A stretch of 64,000 nt of DNA from Gemmatimonadaceae bacterium (GTDB taxonomy: Bacteria > Gemmatimonadota > Gemmatimonadetes > Gemmatimonadales > Gemmatimonadaceae), in contig JBGAJQ010000001.1 of assembly GCA_044224875.1 (NCBI GenBank), positions 1 through 64,000 of the forward strand. The letters are read 5' to 3'. Shown here one piece after another: positions 1 to 9,162 of this stretch (position 1 is the stretch's first letter; each line of letters starts with the position of its first letter). The translations under genes were made by a program, and so were the position numbers. The notes beneath the pieces are model-generated. The model searched no databases and was not told where the DNA came from. It saw only the letters and a program-made list of their open reading frames with translations.

Positions 1-303
1 ATTGTGGATTCCGGGATCGATACCGGCCCGATCATCCGCGTGAGGACCCTACCGACTCCAACCACTGCGTCCCTCTTCGACGCGGTGCAAAGCGTCTATC
101 CCCCGGGCGTGGAAATGATTGCGGACGCGCTCGATGACCTGCAACACGGCCGTATGATCGCTGGCGTACCACCAGCGTCTGCCGGTACGTACTACTCATG
201 GCCAACCTCCGACGACTTGGCCACGTTTCTTCGCATGGGCTATCGGCTGGTGGACCTGCCGAGCTATGCGCGACTGCTCGCGCGCTACGTTCCTGCCGCA
301 TGA
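1..303 (+). CDS. Formyltransferase-family protein, C-terminal part (5' truncated)
   Basis: Frame open from base 1: IVDSGIDTGPII resembles the DxGxDTGPI motif of Fmt/PurN-type formyltransferases; stop TGA at 301-303. Confidence 0.65.
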   Translation: MVDSGIDTGPIIRVRTLPTPTTASLFDAVQSVYPPGVEMIADALDDLQHGRMIAGVPPASAGTYYSWPTSDDLATFLRMGYRLVDLPSYARLLARYVPAA

Positions 304-815
304 CGCGGGGTGCGGCACCACATGTCGGCATGAGCCCTCGACATCGTATTGGCGTTGCCGTGGTATGCTCGTTAGGCCTGACAGCGTGTTTCGGTAGCGC
401 AGAGCCCCTCATTTCCGGACCACAGAAATGCCAGGCACCTGCCGACGGGTCGGCGTCGTTCGGATGTGCCGTCCTCACCGGGAGCGTGGTTGGTCCGTCC
501 AATGAACCTTTGGACGGGATCTCCGGGGCCATTCGCAGCACCCCGCAATGCGCTTGTCGCAGTGTGGCGATCGTGGTGGATACCACCGGTATGTTCACGA
601 TCACCGTACACCGGGCGCTTAGCGCACCAACCACATCACCCGACACGGCCACGGTGGTGGTGTACATGGGTGCCACGGCCGCGAAGTATCCACGCTCCAT
701 TACCGGCGATCCGTTCTTCGACACGGCGTCCGTCCACATGACGTACGCGCCGATTGGCGGCGAGGTCACGGTCTACAACCTGCGTCTCCTGATTCCACTA
801 CCGCCGCGTGCGTGA
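300..815 (+). CDS. Hypothetical lipoprotein
   Basis: ATGA overlap with the upstream stop (alternative ATG at 330); hydrophobic stretch followed by lipobox LTAC; several Cys. Confidence 0.6.
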   Translation: MTRGAAPHVGMSPRHRIGVAVVCSLGLTACFGSAEPLISGPQKCQAPADGSASFGCAVLTGSVVGPSNEPLDGISGAIRSTPQCACRSVAIVVDTTGMFTITVHRALSAPTTSPDTATVVVYMGATAAKYPRSITGDPFFDTASVHMTYAPIGGEVTVYNLRLLIPLPPRA

Positions 816-890
816 GCCCAGCTGCGCGGTCTGATACGCGACGGCGCAACTCCGCCGCACCAGGTTTCTTTCACTTGACTGAGGGACGGC

Positions 891-1223
891 ATGCGTGCTT
901 CACACGTGACAATGGCGATGACGATCGACGGAAGTAGCATCCTCGAGACGCTGGGCGTCGTTCGCGGGATCGTGGTGCGATCGCGTTCGGTCTTCGGGAG
1001 CATCGGTGCCAAGCTCCAGACGCTCGTCGGTGGAAACATCACCATCCTGACCAACCTTTGCGAACAGGCCCGCGCCGAGGCCTTCTCGCAGATGGTGGAG
1101 CACGCCGAGATGCTTGGAGCTGACGGTATTATCTGCGTGCGGTATGATGCCACGGAGATCCTTCCGGGGGTGACGGAAGTCCTCTGCTATGGCACGGCCG
1201 TACGCACAGATCGCCCGCACTAG
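891..1223 (+). CDS. YbjQ/UPF0145 family protein (putative heavy-metal binding)
   Basis: LGVVRG...LVGG...R..A...M...A..LGADGIICVRYD...EVLCYGTAV pattern; GAGGGA RBS at 881. Confidence 0.9.
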   Translation: MRASHVTMAMTIDGSSILETLGVVRGIVVRSRSVFGSIGAKLQTLVGGNITILTNLCEQARAEAFSQMVEHAEMLGADGIICVRYDATEILPGVTEVLCYGTAVRTDRPH

Positions 1224-1243
1224 CAGCGCTGCCAGCGCGCGTC

Positions 1244-2752
1244 GTGTCCTGGAAACGGGTGAACTACCTGATCCACCGGTGGACGGGGGTGCTCCTCGGC
1301 GTCGTTGTGTTCGTGTGGTTCGTGAGTGGGATCGTCATGATGTACTACCCATATCCCGAACTCACGCCGCGTGAGCGGTTGCAGGCGACGCCGGCGCTTG
1401 TGCTCGACGGGTCGACGCGGCTGATCTCATTCACCGGCGCGCGGGCCGCGGTGGGCTCTGCGTCGATTGGAGGGTCCGAGCCGACTACTGCGCGCTTGCG
1501 ACGGTGGCACAACCGGCTCGTATATGCCCTGTACGCGGAGCACGGGGCGCGCTTGGAGAGCGTGGCGCTGGTGGACGCGGAGTCTGGAGCCCTGCTCTCG
1601 CCGATCACAGCGTCCGAGGCTGTCGCGGCGGCGAGGGAGGCTGCCCGAATATCTGGTGATGCGGCGATCGACCTGCTTCCACGAAGCGATCACTACTTCA
1701 TGGGGAATGAGAAGCAGGGGTCGTTTCCGGTGTTCCGTGTGGCCTTCGACGATCCGCAGCAAACGGCCGTGTATGTCGCGGCGCGTACCGGGGACGTTGT
1801 AGCCCGTGTGACGCGGTGGGCCCGGATTTCAACGTGGCTTGGCACCGTGCCGCATTGGCTCTATTTCCAGGACCTGTACTATGACCACTTTGACGCGTGG
1901 CTCTGGATCAGCATCCTACTTCCCGGTGTTTCGCTCCTGATCGCGGTAACTGGGATTGTGATTGGCGTGGTGCAGCTGTTCCCACGTCGCTGGCGAGGAA
2001 GCTGGCGAGTGAGCGCATATCACGGCATGTCGAAGTGGCATCATCTGTCCGGCATTGCGTTTGGAGCAGTGGTGTTCACGTGGACTCTGAGCGGAATGCT
2101 CGAAGTGTTGGGTCCTTCATCCACCCCTGGGGCTCGGACGATGGCTGACGCCGCGGGCGATGTATTGTCGTGGAAAGCAGCCAATCTGGATGCAACGGGC
2201 GCGTTCTTCCGCGCGAAAGCGCTGGCGTTGGGCGACACGATCGTTGCCATCGACATGGCGCGGTCGGGCGGCCGAGCTGGCTACTTGGTGCATCTGCGTT
2301 CTGGCAATCGCACGTGGGTGGACGCCACTACCGGAGCAGTTCGGCGCCAGATCGATAGCACAGCCGCGATCGACGTGGGACGTTCGCTGGTGGCTCAGGC
2401 TTCAAACGTTGTAGCTGCCGAGTTGCTCCGCTTGCCCGATGCCTTCTACTATGCCTCACATGGGGGGGATCTGGTGCTACCAGTCTGGCGAGTCCGGTTC
2501 GACGATCGGGAGCAGACGACGATGTACCTGGATTCGGTGACGGGACTGCCAACGGCCGTGGTGACGGACGATGTTCGGCGGTGGCGGTGGTGGCGGGAGG
2601 GATTGCACGATTTTGACTTTCCTGGACTCGTGAACCGGCGCCCGTTGTGGGACATTCTCGTACTGGTGCTGATGGTTGGTGGTGTGGTATCGTCAGTGAG
2701 CGGGGTGTGGCTCCTGGCGCGTCGCTTGTGGCGTCTGCGCCCCGATTTGTAA
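1244..2752 (+). CDS. PepSY-associated TM helix domain membrane protein
   Basis: IHRWTG N-terminal TM, PHWLYF, KWHHLSG and GLHDFDF His motifs; PepSY-like soluble segments (VYVAARTG, WVDATTG, YLDSVTG). Confidence 0.85.
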   Translation: MSWKRVNYLIHRWTGVLLGVVVFVWFVSGIVMMYYPYPELTPRERLQATPALVLDGSTRLISFTGARAAVGSASIGGSEPTTARLRRWHNRLVYALYAEHGARLESVALVDAESGALLSPITASEAVAAAREAARISGDAAIDLLPRSDHYFMGNEKQGSFPVFRVAFDDPQQTAVYVAARTGDVVARVTRWARISTWLGTVPHWLYFQDLYYDHFDAWLWISILLPGVSLLIAVTGIVIGVVQLFPRRWRGSWRVSAYHGMSKWHHLSGIAFGAVVFTWTLSGMLEVLGPSSTPGARTMADAAGDVLSWKAANLDATGAFFRAKALALGDTIVAIDMARSGGRAGYLVHLRSGNRTWVDATTGAVRRQIDSTAAIDVGRSLVAQASNVVAAELLRLPDAFYYASHGGDLVLPVWRVRFDDREQTTMYLDSVTGLPTAVVTDDVRRWRWWREGLHDFDFPGLVNRRPLWDILVLVLMVGGVVSSVSGVWLLARRLWRLRPDL

Positions 2753-2924
2753 CGGAATATCGCACGTCAATTCGTTAGGCGTTGCACCGGCGCCATGCTC
2801 GACCGATGGTCGGGATGAGCGAAACCGGGGTAGCCGGACCTCACCGTGCGCACTATCTTCTCGGCCATCGTTGTCGTTTTCGCAGGTGATCGCTGTGAAG
2901 CTCGCTGACGCTTAACCGGTCTCC

Positions 2925-3686
2925 ATGGTGCCGTCCACGTTGCAGCGCCGACGAGTCGGGGCCCGCACACCAATTCCGGCCGTGCGCGTCAGTGTGTCAC
3001 GCTTCATGTCGGCGGCGCGACACTGGGATGTGGACCTGGTGCGAGCCGGGTTGGTCGCGCACCCGGAGTATGCACGCGCCACGGATCACCAGGGGCGCAC
3101 GGCGTTGCATCTGACGGCAACCGCCGATACGCGGCGCGCAAGACGCCCCACGTCCTCAGCGGTCGCGGTCGCCCGCGCCCTCGTGCAAGCGGGGGCCGAC
3201 GTGAATGCCGTCCACTCGATTCCGGATGGCGTCGAGTCGTTTCCGGCGCGCGCCCTATGGTACGCCGTTGCCCGCGGTGGAAACCGCGCCCTGGCCCGCT
3301 ACCTCCTGGCGAACGGCGCGGACCCGAACTACTGCTATTGGGCGGTGGTCTGGAGTGATGACATCGGCACGGCACGCCAGCTCGCGCGGCACGGTGCCGA
3401 CGTGAACGTCCGCTTTCACGGTGAAACACCCCTGCTCTATGCCACGCGCCTGCGGCGAACGCGGATGATGCGCTGGCTGGTCGATCACGGTGCAGACGTC
3501 AACGCAGCGGATGGCGAGGGGCGATCGCCCCTGTATCACGCTATCTGGCGTCGTCACGCGCCCGCGGAGATCCGGCTGCTGCTGGACGCCGGCGCGTCCG
3601 TCTCCCAAGCGGCGCGCGACGGTTCGACCCCCGCGTCGATCGCTGGTTCTCGCTTGCGGGCACTCGTACCGCCAACCGGCGAGTAG
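2925..3686 (+). CDS. Ankyrin repeat protein (start uncertain)
   Basis: Repeated GRTALH / GETPLLYA / GRSPLYHA...LL.AGADVN ankyrin motifs. Confidence 0.85.
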   Translation: MVPSTLQRRRVGARTPIPAVRVSVSRFMSAARHWDVDLVRAGLVAHPEYARATDHQGRTALHLTATADTRRARRPTSSAVAVARALVQAGADVNAVHSIPDGVESFPARALWYAVARGGNRALARYLLANGADPNYCYWAVVWSDDIGTARQLARHGADVNVRFHGETPLLYATRLRRTRMMRWLVDHGADVNAADGEGRSPLYHAIWRRHAPAEIRLLLDAGASVSQAARDGSTPASIAGSRLRALVPPTGE

Positions 3687-3763
3687 CGACGCGATCGCGC
3701 GCGTGAGGTTGCGCACGTTGGCTCGCCCGCACCACCGTTAGGCCAACGGAGAACCGCAATCCT

Positions 3764-4159
3764 ATGGCACATACCACACGGCGCGCCCTCATCTCGCGGG
3801 CACGCCCCCTTGCTTCTCAAGCGGAATTCGCCCGACGCATCATGCGTGCGGCGCTCATCGGCGCGCTGGTCATCGCCGTGGGCCTGAGCGTGGGCGCAGC
3901 CGGCTATCACTGGCTGGAGGGGCTCACGTGGCTGGACGCGAGCCTCAACGCCGCCATGCTGCTGGGTGGAGAGGGACCGATCGCCACACTGCATACGTCG
4001 GCAGGGAAGGTCTTTGCCACCGCGTATGCCATGTTCAGCGGAGTCGTGTTCATCACGGCGGTCTCCTTGCTCCGGTCGCCCGTCCTGCACCGGTGGTTGC
4101 ACCGGTGGCACCTGGATGTGGCCGATCCGGACACTGGGGCCGAGTCGCATGACAAGTGA
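3764..4159 (+). CDS. Small membrane protein resembling an ion-channel pore domain
   Basis: TM-GYHWLEGLTWLDASLNAAMLLGGEGP...AGKVF-TM architecture, like 2TM potassium-channel pore modules. Confidence 0.65.
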   Translation: MAHTTRRALISRARPLASQAEFARRIMRAALIGALVIAVGLSVGAAGYHWLEGLTWLDASLNAAMLLGGEGPIATLHTSAGKVFATAYAMFSGVVFITAVSLLRSPVLHRWLHRWHLDVADPDTGAESHDK

Positions 4160-4652
4160 GCGCCCTGTGTTCGAGCTGCGACCGATGCGCGGGGACGACG
4201 AGGCCGCGGCCTGCGCCGCGCTCATGGCCAACAGCGAACCGTGGATCACGTTAGGTCGCGACTACGCGGCCTCGCTGACCGTCGTGCGGAATCCGGACCG
4301 CGAGGTGTGGGTAGCGGTCAACGCCGGAGCCGTGGCAGGATTCGTGGTGCTAGCGATGCGGGGTGGCTTCCCGGGTTACATCCAGTCGATTGGCGTTCAG
4401 TCGTCGTGGCGGGGGCATGGTGTCGGCCGGGAGTTGCTGGAGCGGGTCGAACAGCGCGTGTTCGAAGAAACCCCGAACGTCTTCCTGTGTGTTTCGTCGT
4501 TCAACCCGCGCGCGCGGCGCTTTTACGAGGCGGGCGGTTATCGGCACGTGGGGACGGTACCTGACTATGTCGTCGAGGGTCACGACGAGCACATCATGCG
4601 CAAGACGCGCGGGCCGCTTGCCACCTACCGATCGACCGATGCAGCTGGCTGA
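4149..4652 (+). CDS. GNAT family N-acetyltransferase
   Basis: WRGHGVGRELL acetyl-CoA motif and NPRARRFYE..GY; ATG at 4149 overlaps the upstream ORF end. Confidence 0.9.
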   Translation: MTSERPVFELRPMRGDDEAAACAALMANSEPWITLGRDYAASLTVVRNPDREVWVAVNAGAVAGFVVLAMRGGFPGYIQSIGVQSSWRGHGVGRELLERVEQRVFEETPNVFLCVSSFNPRARRFYEAGGYRHVGTVPDYVVEGHDEHIMRKTRGPLATYRSTDAAG

Positions 4653-4722
4653 ACCTGCGGCGGCAATCCATCTCCCGGTGCCAGCCGTAGCTCCTCTATA
4701 GAACACCGTTAGGTACGGATCC

Positions 4723-5049
4723 TTGGAGCGAAGACCAATGCGGATGCAGCTGGACCGGCGTTCGGACCTGGCGCGGCGCGCCGAGGATGCGTTGGTGGTG
4801 GCCTTTCCCCTGCTCGGCGCGGTGTACCTGGCGCTGGAATGGGGTCTGACGCGCTTGATGGGCGGGTATTGGGGGGGGCTGGCGGCCATTGCCCTGGCGG
4901 CGGCTCCAGCGGCATCGCTCGTCCGGCTGGCATTCGGGGGACGGACGCCGCGTCAGGCATTCCGCGACGGCATTTGGTTTGGTTGCGCGGTGTCGGTGAT
5001 GTATGCCTGGGCCTTCACGTCGCCGTTTGTCTCGCTCCCGGGATTCTAG
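4723..5049 (+). CDS. Hypothetical membrane protein
   Basis: Three hydrophobic segments; same strand as neighbours. Confidence 0.55.
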   Translation: MERRPMRMQLDRRSDLARRAEDALVVAFPLLGAVYLALEWGLTRLMGGYWGGLAAIALAAAPAASLVRLAFGGRTPRQAFRDGIWFGCAVSVMYAWAFTSPFVSLPGF

Positions 5050-5153
5050 CTGCCTAGCGATAGGCGCCAGACCTAACGTCGGCCTGCCTTACGACGCCTA
5101 GCGAGAGTGGCACCAGCTGTGAGGAGGGGGGCGCGAACCGCTCCGGAATTGCT

Positions 5154-5159
5154 TATAAT
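5154..5159 (+). promoter_or_regulatory. Possible sigma70 -10 box (TATAAT) for the AP2-like gene
   Basis: Perfect TATAAT in a GC-rich intergenic region about 110 nt upstream of ATG 5269; no convincing -35. Confidence 0.4.
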
Positions 5160-5268
5160 AGGGCGGTCGTCGGCGGCCTGACTCCGTCTCGCGCGCCGGC
5201 CCGCAGGACCCCTCACCCCGCCGCTTTTCGCCCGTGTTCCGCGGAGGCGGCACTTCCGGACAATTCTC

Positions 5269-5553
5269 ATGGCACAGCGCAAAGCAAAGGCAAAGGCTGG
5301 CGCCGCGAAGCGCGGCAAGGGTGCGGCGAAGAAGGCAACGCGTCGCAAGGCGAGCAATCTTCCGCCGGGCATCAGTCGTATCGACCAGCCGTCGACGCGC
5401 ACGCATGGCTACTTCGTTCGCGTTGGCTACCATCGCACCAGGGACGGTTTGTGGCGGCCGAAGCACCGGGCGTTCTTTGGCGACGCCAGTCACGGCGGCA
5501 AAGCCAAGGCCATGAAGGCGGCCGAGAAATGGTTGAAGGAAGTCTCGAAGTGA
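5269..5553 (+). CDS. Small basic DNA-binding protein: Lys/Ala-rich tail plus AP2-like domain
   Basis: N-terminal RKAKAKAGAAKRGKGAAKKATRRK, then GISRID...HGYFVRV...FFGD...GG..KA.KAA..W, resembling bacterial AP2-domain proteins. Confidence 0.6.
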   Translation: MAQRKAKAKAGAAKRGKGAAKKATRRKASNLPPGISRIDQPSTRTHGYFVRVGYHRTRDGLWRPKHRAFFGDASHGGKAKAMKAAEKWLKEVSK

Positions 5554-5559
5554 CAATCT

Positions 5560-5587
5560 CGACGGCGCGCCTCCAGGCGCGCCGTCG
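5560..5587 (+). terminator. Stem-loop downstream of the AP2-like gene
   Basis: CGACGGCGCGCC-TCCA-GGCGCGCCGTCG, perfect 12-bp stem 6 nt after the stop; weak U tract. Confidence 0.6.
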
Positions 5588-5641
5588 TGCGTTGGGGACC
5601 TAACGAGCCGGCCCCACGTCCCGCCAGCGCCTAACGCGCCC

Positions 5642-5956
5642 ATGCCGGACTCGACCAACGCCCCCGATCCCCTGCGACTGATCGGTTCCTGGCAATTGGT
5701 CCGTGCAGACCCCGGGCTCGACGTACCTCCACGCGCACGTCTCGAGTTCGCCGATGGGGGACGCCTGTACTACCACTTCCCAGTCCATCACCAATGGCAG
5801 ACGGTGGAGCTCATCTACCGGGCCGACGGTGCGACCCTCCATATGGCCGTCCCCATCGCGGCTCAGGAACAGGCCGCCAACTTCAGCTTTGGCCCAGGGG
5901 ACGCCCTCGTCTTCGACTTTGGCGGCCAGCGTGCCATCTTCATCCGGGAACTCTGA
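5642..5956 (+). CDS. Hypothetical protein (lipocalin-like beta barrel possible)
   Basis: LIGSWQLV N-terminal motif, beta-rich composition, followed by closely spaced co-oriented genes. Confidence 0.6.
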   Translation: MPDSTNAPDPLRLIGSWQLVRADPGLDVPPRARLEFADGGRLYYHFPVHHQWQTVELIYRADGATLHMAVPIAAQEQAANFSFGPGDALVFDFGGQRAIFIREL

Positions 5957-5970
5957 CCCGTCGATTCACG

Positions 5971-6324
5971 ATGCCTGTCCTGCTGCGCACGTCGCTGTTG
6001 CTGATCGCCTCGAACATCTTCATGACGTTCGCATGGTACGCGCACCTCAAAAACCTTTCAAATCGCAGTTGGTTCGTCGCCGCGCTCGTCAGTTGGGGCA
6101 TCGCCCTTTTTGAGTACCTGCTGCAAGTGCCCGCAAACCGCATCGGGTACACGGCGCTGAGCCTCCCACAACTGAAGATTCTGCAAGAGGCCATCACCCT
6201 CTCCGTCTTCGTACCGTTTTCCCTGTTCTATATGCGGCAACCGGTGAAAATGGACTACGTCTGGGCCACCCTGTGCATCATGGGTGCCGTCTACTTCATC
6301 TTTCGCACACCCACTCCTGCCTAA
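5971..6324 (+). CDS. DMT family small membrane protein (DMT_6-like)
   Basis: SNIFMTFAWYAHLK...SWGIALFEY.LQVPANRIG...QLKI.QE signature. Confidence 0.9.
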   Translation: MPVLLRTSLLLIASNIFMTFAWYAHLKNLSNRSWFVAALVSWGIALFEYLLQVPANRIGYTALSLPQLKILQEAITLSVFVPFSLFYMRQPVKMDYVWATLCIMGAVYFIFRTPTPA

Positions 6325-6329
6325 CAAAT

Positions 6330-6770
6330 ATGGGCGTCCTCGTCGCTATCTGGCGCAAGCGCGTGCACCGCGGCCCCATGGACTCCCTGCAACAGGTGCA
6401 GCTGCAGGCTGGCCAGGGCATGCAGGGGAATACCGACGTCGGTGGCCGACGCCAGGTGACCATCATCGAACAGGAAGTCTGGCAGCAACACATGGCGGCG
6501 CTCGGTGGATCGCTGGACCCCTCCGCGCGTCGCGCCAACCTCATGATATCCGGATGTGCGCTGCGCGACTCACGCGGACGCGTTCTTCAAATCGGGTCCA
6601 GCCGCGTTCGCATCCTCGGAGAGACCAAGCCGTGTGAACGAATGGAGGAAGCACTCCCCGGACTTCGGGACCGGATGCGGCCGGACTGGGGTGGGGGAGC
6701 CTTTGGGGAAGTACTCGACGATGCGCTGATCGTGGTGGGCGATGTCGTCCGCTGGGAGCAGGATCCGTAG
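6330..6770 (+). CDS. MOSC domain protein
   Basis: RRQVTII, RRANL, GETKPCERM (conserved Cys), GGAFGEVL. Confidence 0.85.
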   Translation: MGVLVAIWRKRVHRGPMDSLQQVQLQAGQGMQGNTDVGGRRQVTIIEQEVWQQHMAALGGSLDPSARRANLMISGCALRDSRGRVLQIGSSRVRILGETKPCERMEEALPGLRDRMRPDWGGGAFGEVLDDALIVVGDVVRWEQDP

Positions 6771-6800
6771 ATTCCCCTCGTTCGTACACCGAGATCGCAC

Positions 6801-7034
6801 GTGCCCATTTTCCAGAAATCGTTCATCGAGACAGAGTGCGATGAGTGCAAGAAGCCATTCCCTGTCTCGAGCGGGGGAGTGTGTGAACGCTGTCGCCGCA
6901 TCCTGTGCAATGACCACTTGCACGGCTCGATGGCGCGCCGTGTGGCCATTGCGTTTGGTGCGCGGATCCTCTGTGTAACCTGCCGGCGTGGGGGAACGCC
7001 CACTCCGCCGTCCAATCAGGGCCATGGCCACTGA
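6801..7034 (+). CDS. Small Cys-rich zinc-finger protein
   Basis: Cx2C-x11-Cx2C-x4-Cx2H-x18-Cx2C; GTG start; overlaps the next gene by 11 nt. Confidence 0.65.
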   Translation: MPIFQKSFIETECDECKKPFPVSSGGVCERCRRILCNDHLHGSMARRVAIAFGARILCVTCRRGGTPTPPSNQGHGH

Positions 7035-8190
7035 GCGACTGTACTACCACGATGCCCACCTCGTCGAGTTTCGTGCCCATGTGACGAAGCGCTCCGACGA
7101 CGGGCGCCGGCTGTACCTGGATCGCTCGGCCATGTACCCCACGTCGGGCGGACAACCGCACGACCTCGGCACGATCAACGGCGTCCCCGTCGTGGACGTG
7201 ATCGACGAGGGAGACGAGGTGGCTCACCTATTGGCAGCGAGCGTTGATGCTGACGACGCGCACGGCGTGGTGGACTGGTCGCGTCGCTTCGACTTCATGC
7301 AGCAGCACACAGGACAACACCTCATCTCGGCTGTTTTTGCCGACACCTTTGGCTTTGGCACCGTGTCGGTGCATTTCGGCGACACGATCTCGACACTCGA
7401 TCTCGGCACGGCGGTCATAGATGCTGCCACGTTGCGACGCGCTGAGGATTTGGCGAACGCTGCGATCGCCGCCAACCACCCGGTAACCGTGTCGTTCGAG
7501 GATCAGCGGACTGCAAGCGGGCTGCGCAAACCCTCTGATCGGGAGGGCGTGATCCGTGTGGTGGAGATCGCTGGCACGGATCGGAGTGCGTGCGGCGGAA
7601 CGCATGTCCGGTCGACGGCCGAAATCGGTGTGTTGCTGCTGCGGCGGCAAGAAAAGGTGCGGAATACGGTTCGCGTCGAATTCGTCTGTGGTCTTCGTGC
7701 CGGGCGTCGGGCGCGAGCCGACTTCGAGGCGCTGTCGGCGCTTGGACAGTCGCTGAGCGCATCGTTGGATGAGGTTCCCGCCCTCGTGGTGGCTCAACAA
7801 CAGGCGCTGAAGGCGGCGGAACAGAAGAACAAGCGGCTGGATGGGGACCTCGCAGCGTACCGGGCGCAGGAGGCATACGCCTTAACGCCCCCTGGCGAGA
7901 CTGGCGTGCATCGATACGTCCAAATCGCCACCACGGGAGAACTGGAAGATCACCGCACCTTCGCCATCGCATTTTCGCTGCTCCCCAAGGCGGTGTGCGT
8001 GATCGGACACGAGGCAACTCGTAGCGTCCTCGTCACGGCGTCCGAGACGTCCGGCGTCGACGCCGGTTCCGCCATGAAGCAGACCGCCGCCGCGCTGGGC
8101 GGCCGAGGCGGTGGCTCCGCGCGGCTTGCACAGGGTAGCTTTCCTGTCGGCGATGCCTTTACCCGTGCAGTCCAGATGCTGGGAGCCTAA
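7024..8190 (+). CDS. alaX: Alanyl-tRNA editing protein (long AlaX type with DHHA1 domain)
   Basis: YPTSGGQPHD, QQHTGQH (HxxxH) and ACGGTH (CxxxH) zinc motifs; C-terminal GGRGGG. Confidence 0.9.
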   Translation: MATERLYYHDAHLVEFRAHVTKRSDDGRRLYLDRSAMYPTSGGQPHDLGTINGVPVVDVIDEGDEVAHLLAASVDADDAHGVVDWSRRFDFMQQHTGQHLISAVFADTFGFGTVSVHFGDTISTLDLGTAVIDAATLRRAEDLANAAIAANHPVTVSFEDQRTASGLRKPSDREGVIRVVEIAGTDRSACGGTHVRSTAEIGVLLLRRQEKVRNTVRVEFVCGLRAGRRARADFEALSALGQSLSASLDEVPALVVAQQQALKAAEQKNKRLDGDLAAYRAQEAYALTPPGETGVHRYVQIATTGELEDHRTFAIAFSLLPKAVCVIGHEATRSVLVTASETSGVDAGSAMKQTAAALGGRGGGSARLAQGSFPVGDAFTRAVQMLGA

Positions 8191-8193
8191 CGA

Positions 8194-8649
8194 ATGAGCG
8201 AGTCGTACCTTCCCATTCCCACTCGTCACGCGGTGGTTTCCGTGGACCGCGTTCCGGAACGCGAGGGAATGGTCGTCTTCCTCAGCGGTTCCAAGCGTGA
8301 AGGACGCTGGACGATGCCACGCTACATGCGGGTGGCGGCCATTTTCGGATCGGCGGAGATCGACTTGCGGGAAGCTGAGATTGCTGAAGGGGTGTCGGAA
8401 GTGGAGGTGTTCGCGGTGTTTGGCAGTGTGGAAGTCTTCGTACCTATCGGCGTTCGCGTGGAGTGCACGGGCCACGCGTTGCTCGGGAGCTTCGAGACGC
8501 GGATGAGTGGCGTACCGGACTTCGCTCCCAATGCACCGACGATTCGAGTGAAAGGCTCAGCGTATGGTGCCTCGGTAGAGGTCGTGGTCAAGCCAATCAC
8601 GCGCAAGCAACTGCGCGCCGAACAGCGTCTGCGCTCGGGCAAGGGGTGA
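8194..8649 (+). CDS. LiaF/DUF2154-like domain protein
   Basis: AIFGSAEIDLREA...AVFGSVEVFVP beta-repeat pattern. Confidence 0.75.
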   Translation: MSESYLPIPTRHAVVSVDRVPEREGMVVFLSGSKREGRWTMPRYMRVAAIFGSAEIDLREAEIAEGVSEVEVFAVFGSVEVFVPIGVRVECTGHALLGSFETRMSGVPDFAPNAPTIRVKGSAYGASVEVVVKPITRKQLRAEQRLRSGKG

Positions 8650-8762
8650 CCGTCAAAGTCGAGCCATGCTCTCGCCAAAACGTCGAGTCGGCTGTAGTGT
8701 AGGGGCGAAGCAGGTTCCGATGGAGACACCACCGTAGCGATCGGCGCCCGTCAGGAGGCCCC

Positions 8763-9086
8763 ATGCTTATGGTCGCGCAATGGTTGGACAGCATTGGAGC
8801 ACGCGCATTCGGCGTCTCCGCCACGTTGTTTGTCCTCATGAACGGCGCGGCGATCGTCGTGCTGGCCATTAAGCGCGACTATGGGCTGGTCAACCGTTGG
8901 ACCTCGCGGTTGCTGGGAGCCAACCTGTTGCTGCTGGGGACCGGGCTCGGCATTCCGCTCGCCACGACCTTGGCGCGAAGCGCGATTCAAGCGTTGGCGC
9001 CGGTTAGCCAGGGGCTCCAACGGGACGTGCAGGACAGTGACCGCGCGTCCCCGACCGAAGCAGAGCACCTGCCGTCACGCGACTAG
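8763..9086 (+). CDS. Hypothetical membrane protein
   Basis: AGGAGG RBS upstream; two TM segments. Confidence 0.65.
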   Translation: MLMVAQWLDSIGARAFGVSATLFVLMNGAAIVVLAIKRDYGLVNRWTSRLLGANLLLLGTGLGIPLATTLARSAIQALAPVSQGLQRDVQDSDRASPTEAEHLPSRD

Positions 9087-9108
9087 TCGCCCGCCACCTG
9101 CAACACAA

Positions 9109-9138
9109 CGGGGTGCCCCACTCACCTGGGGCACCCCG
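9109..9138. terminator. Probable bidirectional intrinsic terminator
   Basis: CGGGGTGCCCCA-CTCACC-TGGGGCACCCCG, 12-bp stem followed by ATTTCATTT, between convergent genes. Confidence 0.75.
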
Positions 9139-9162
9139 ATTTCATTTGCACGGCAACGCGCC

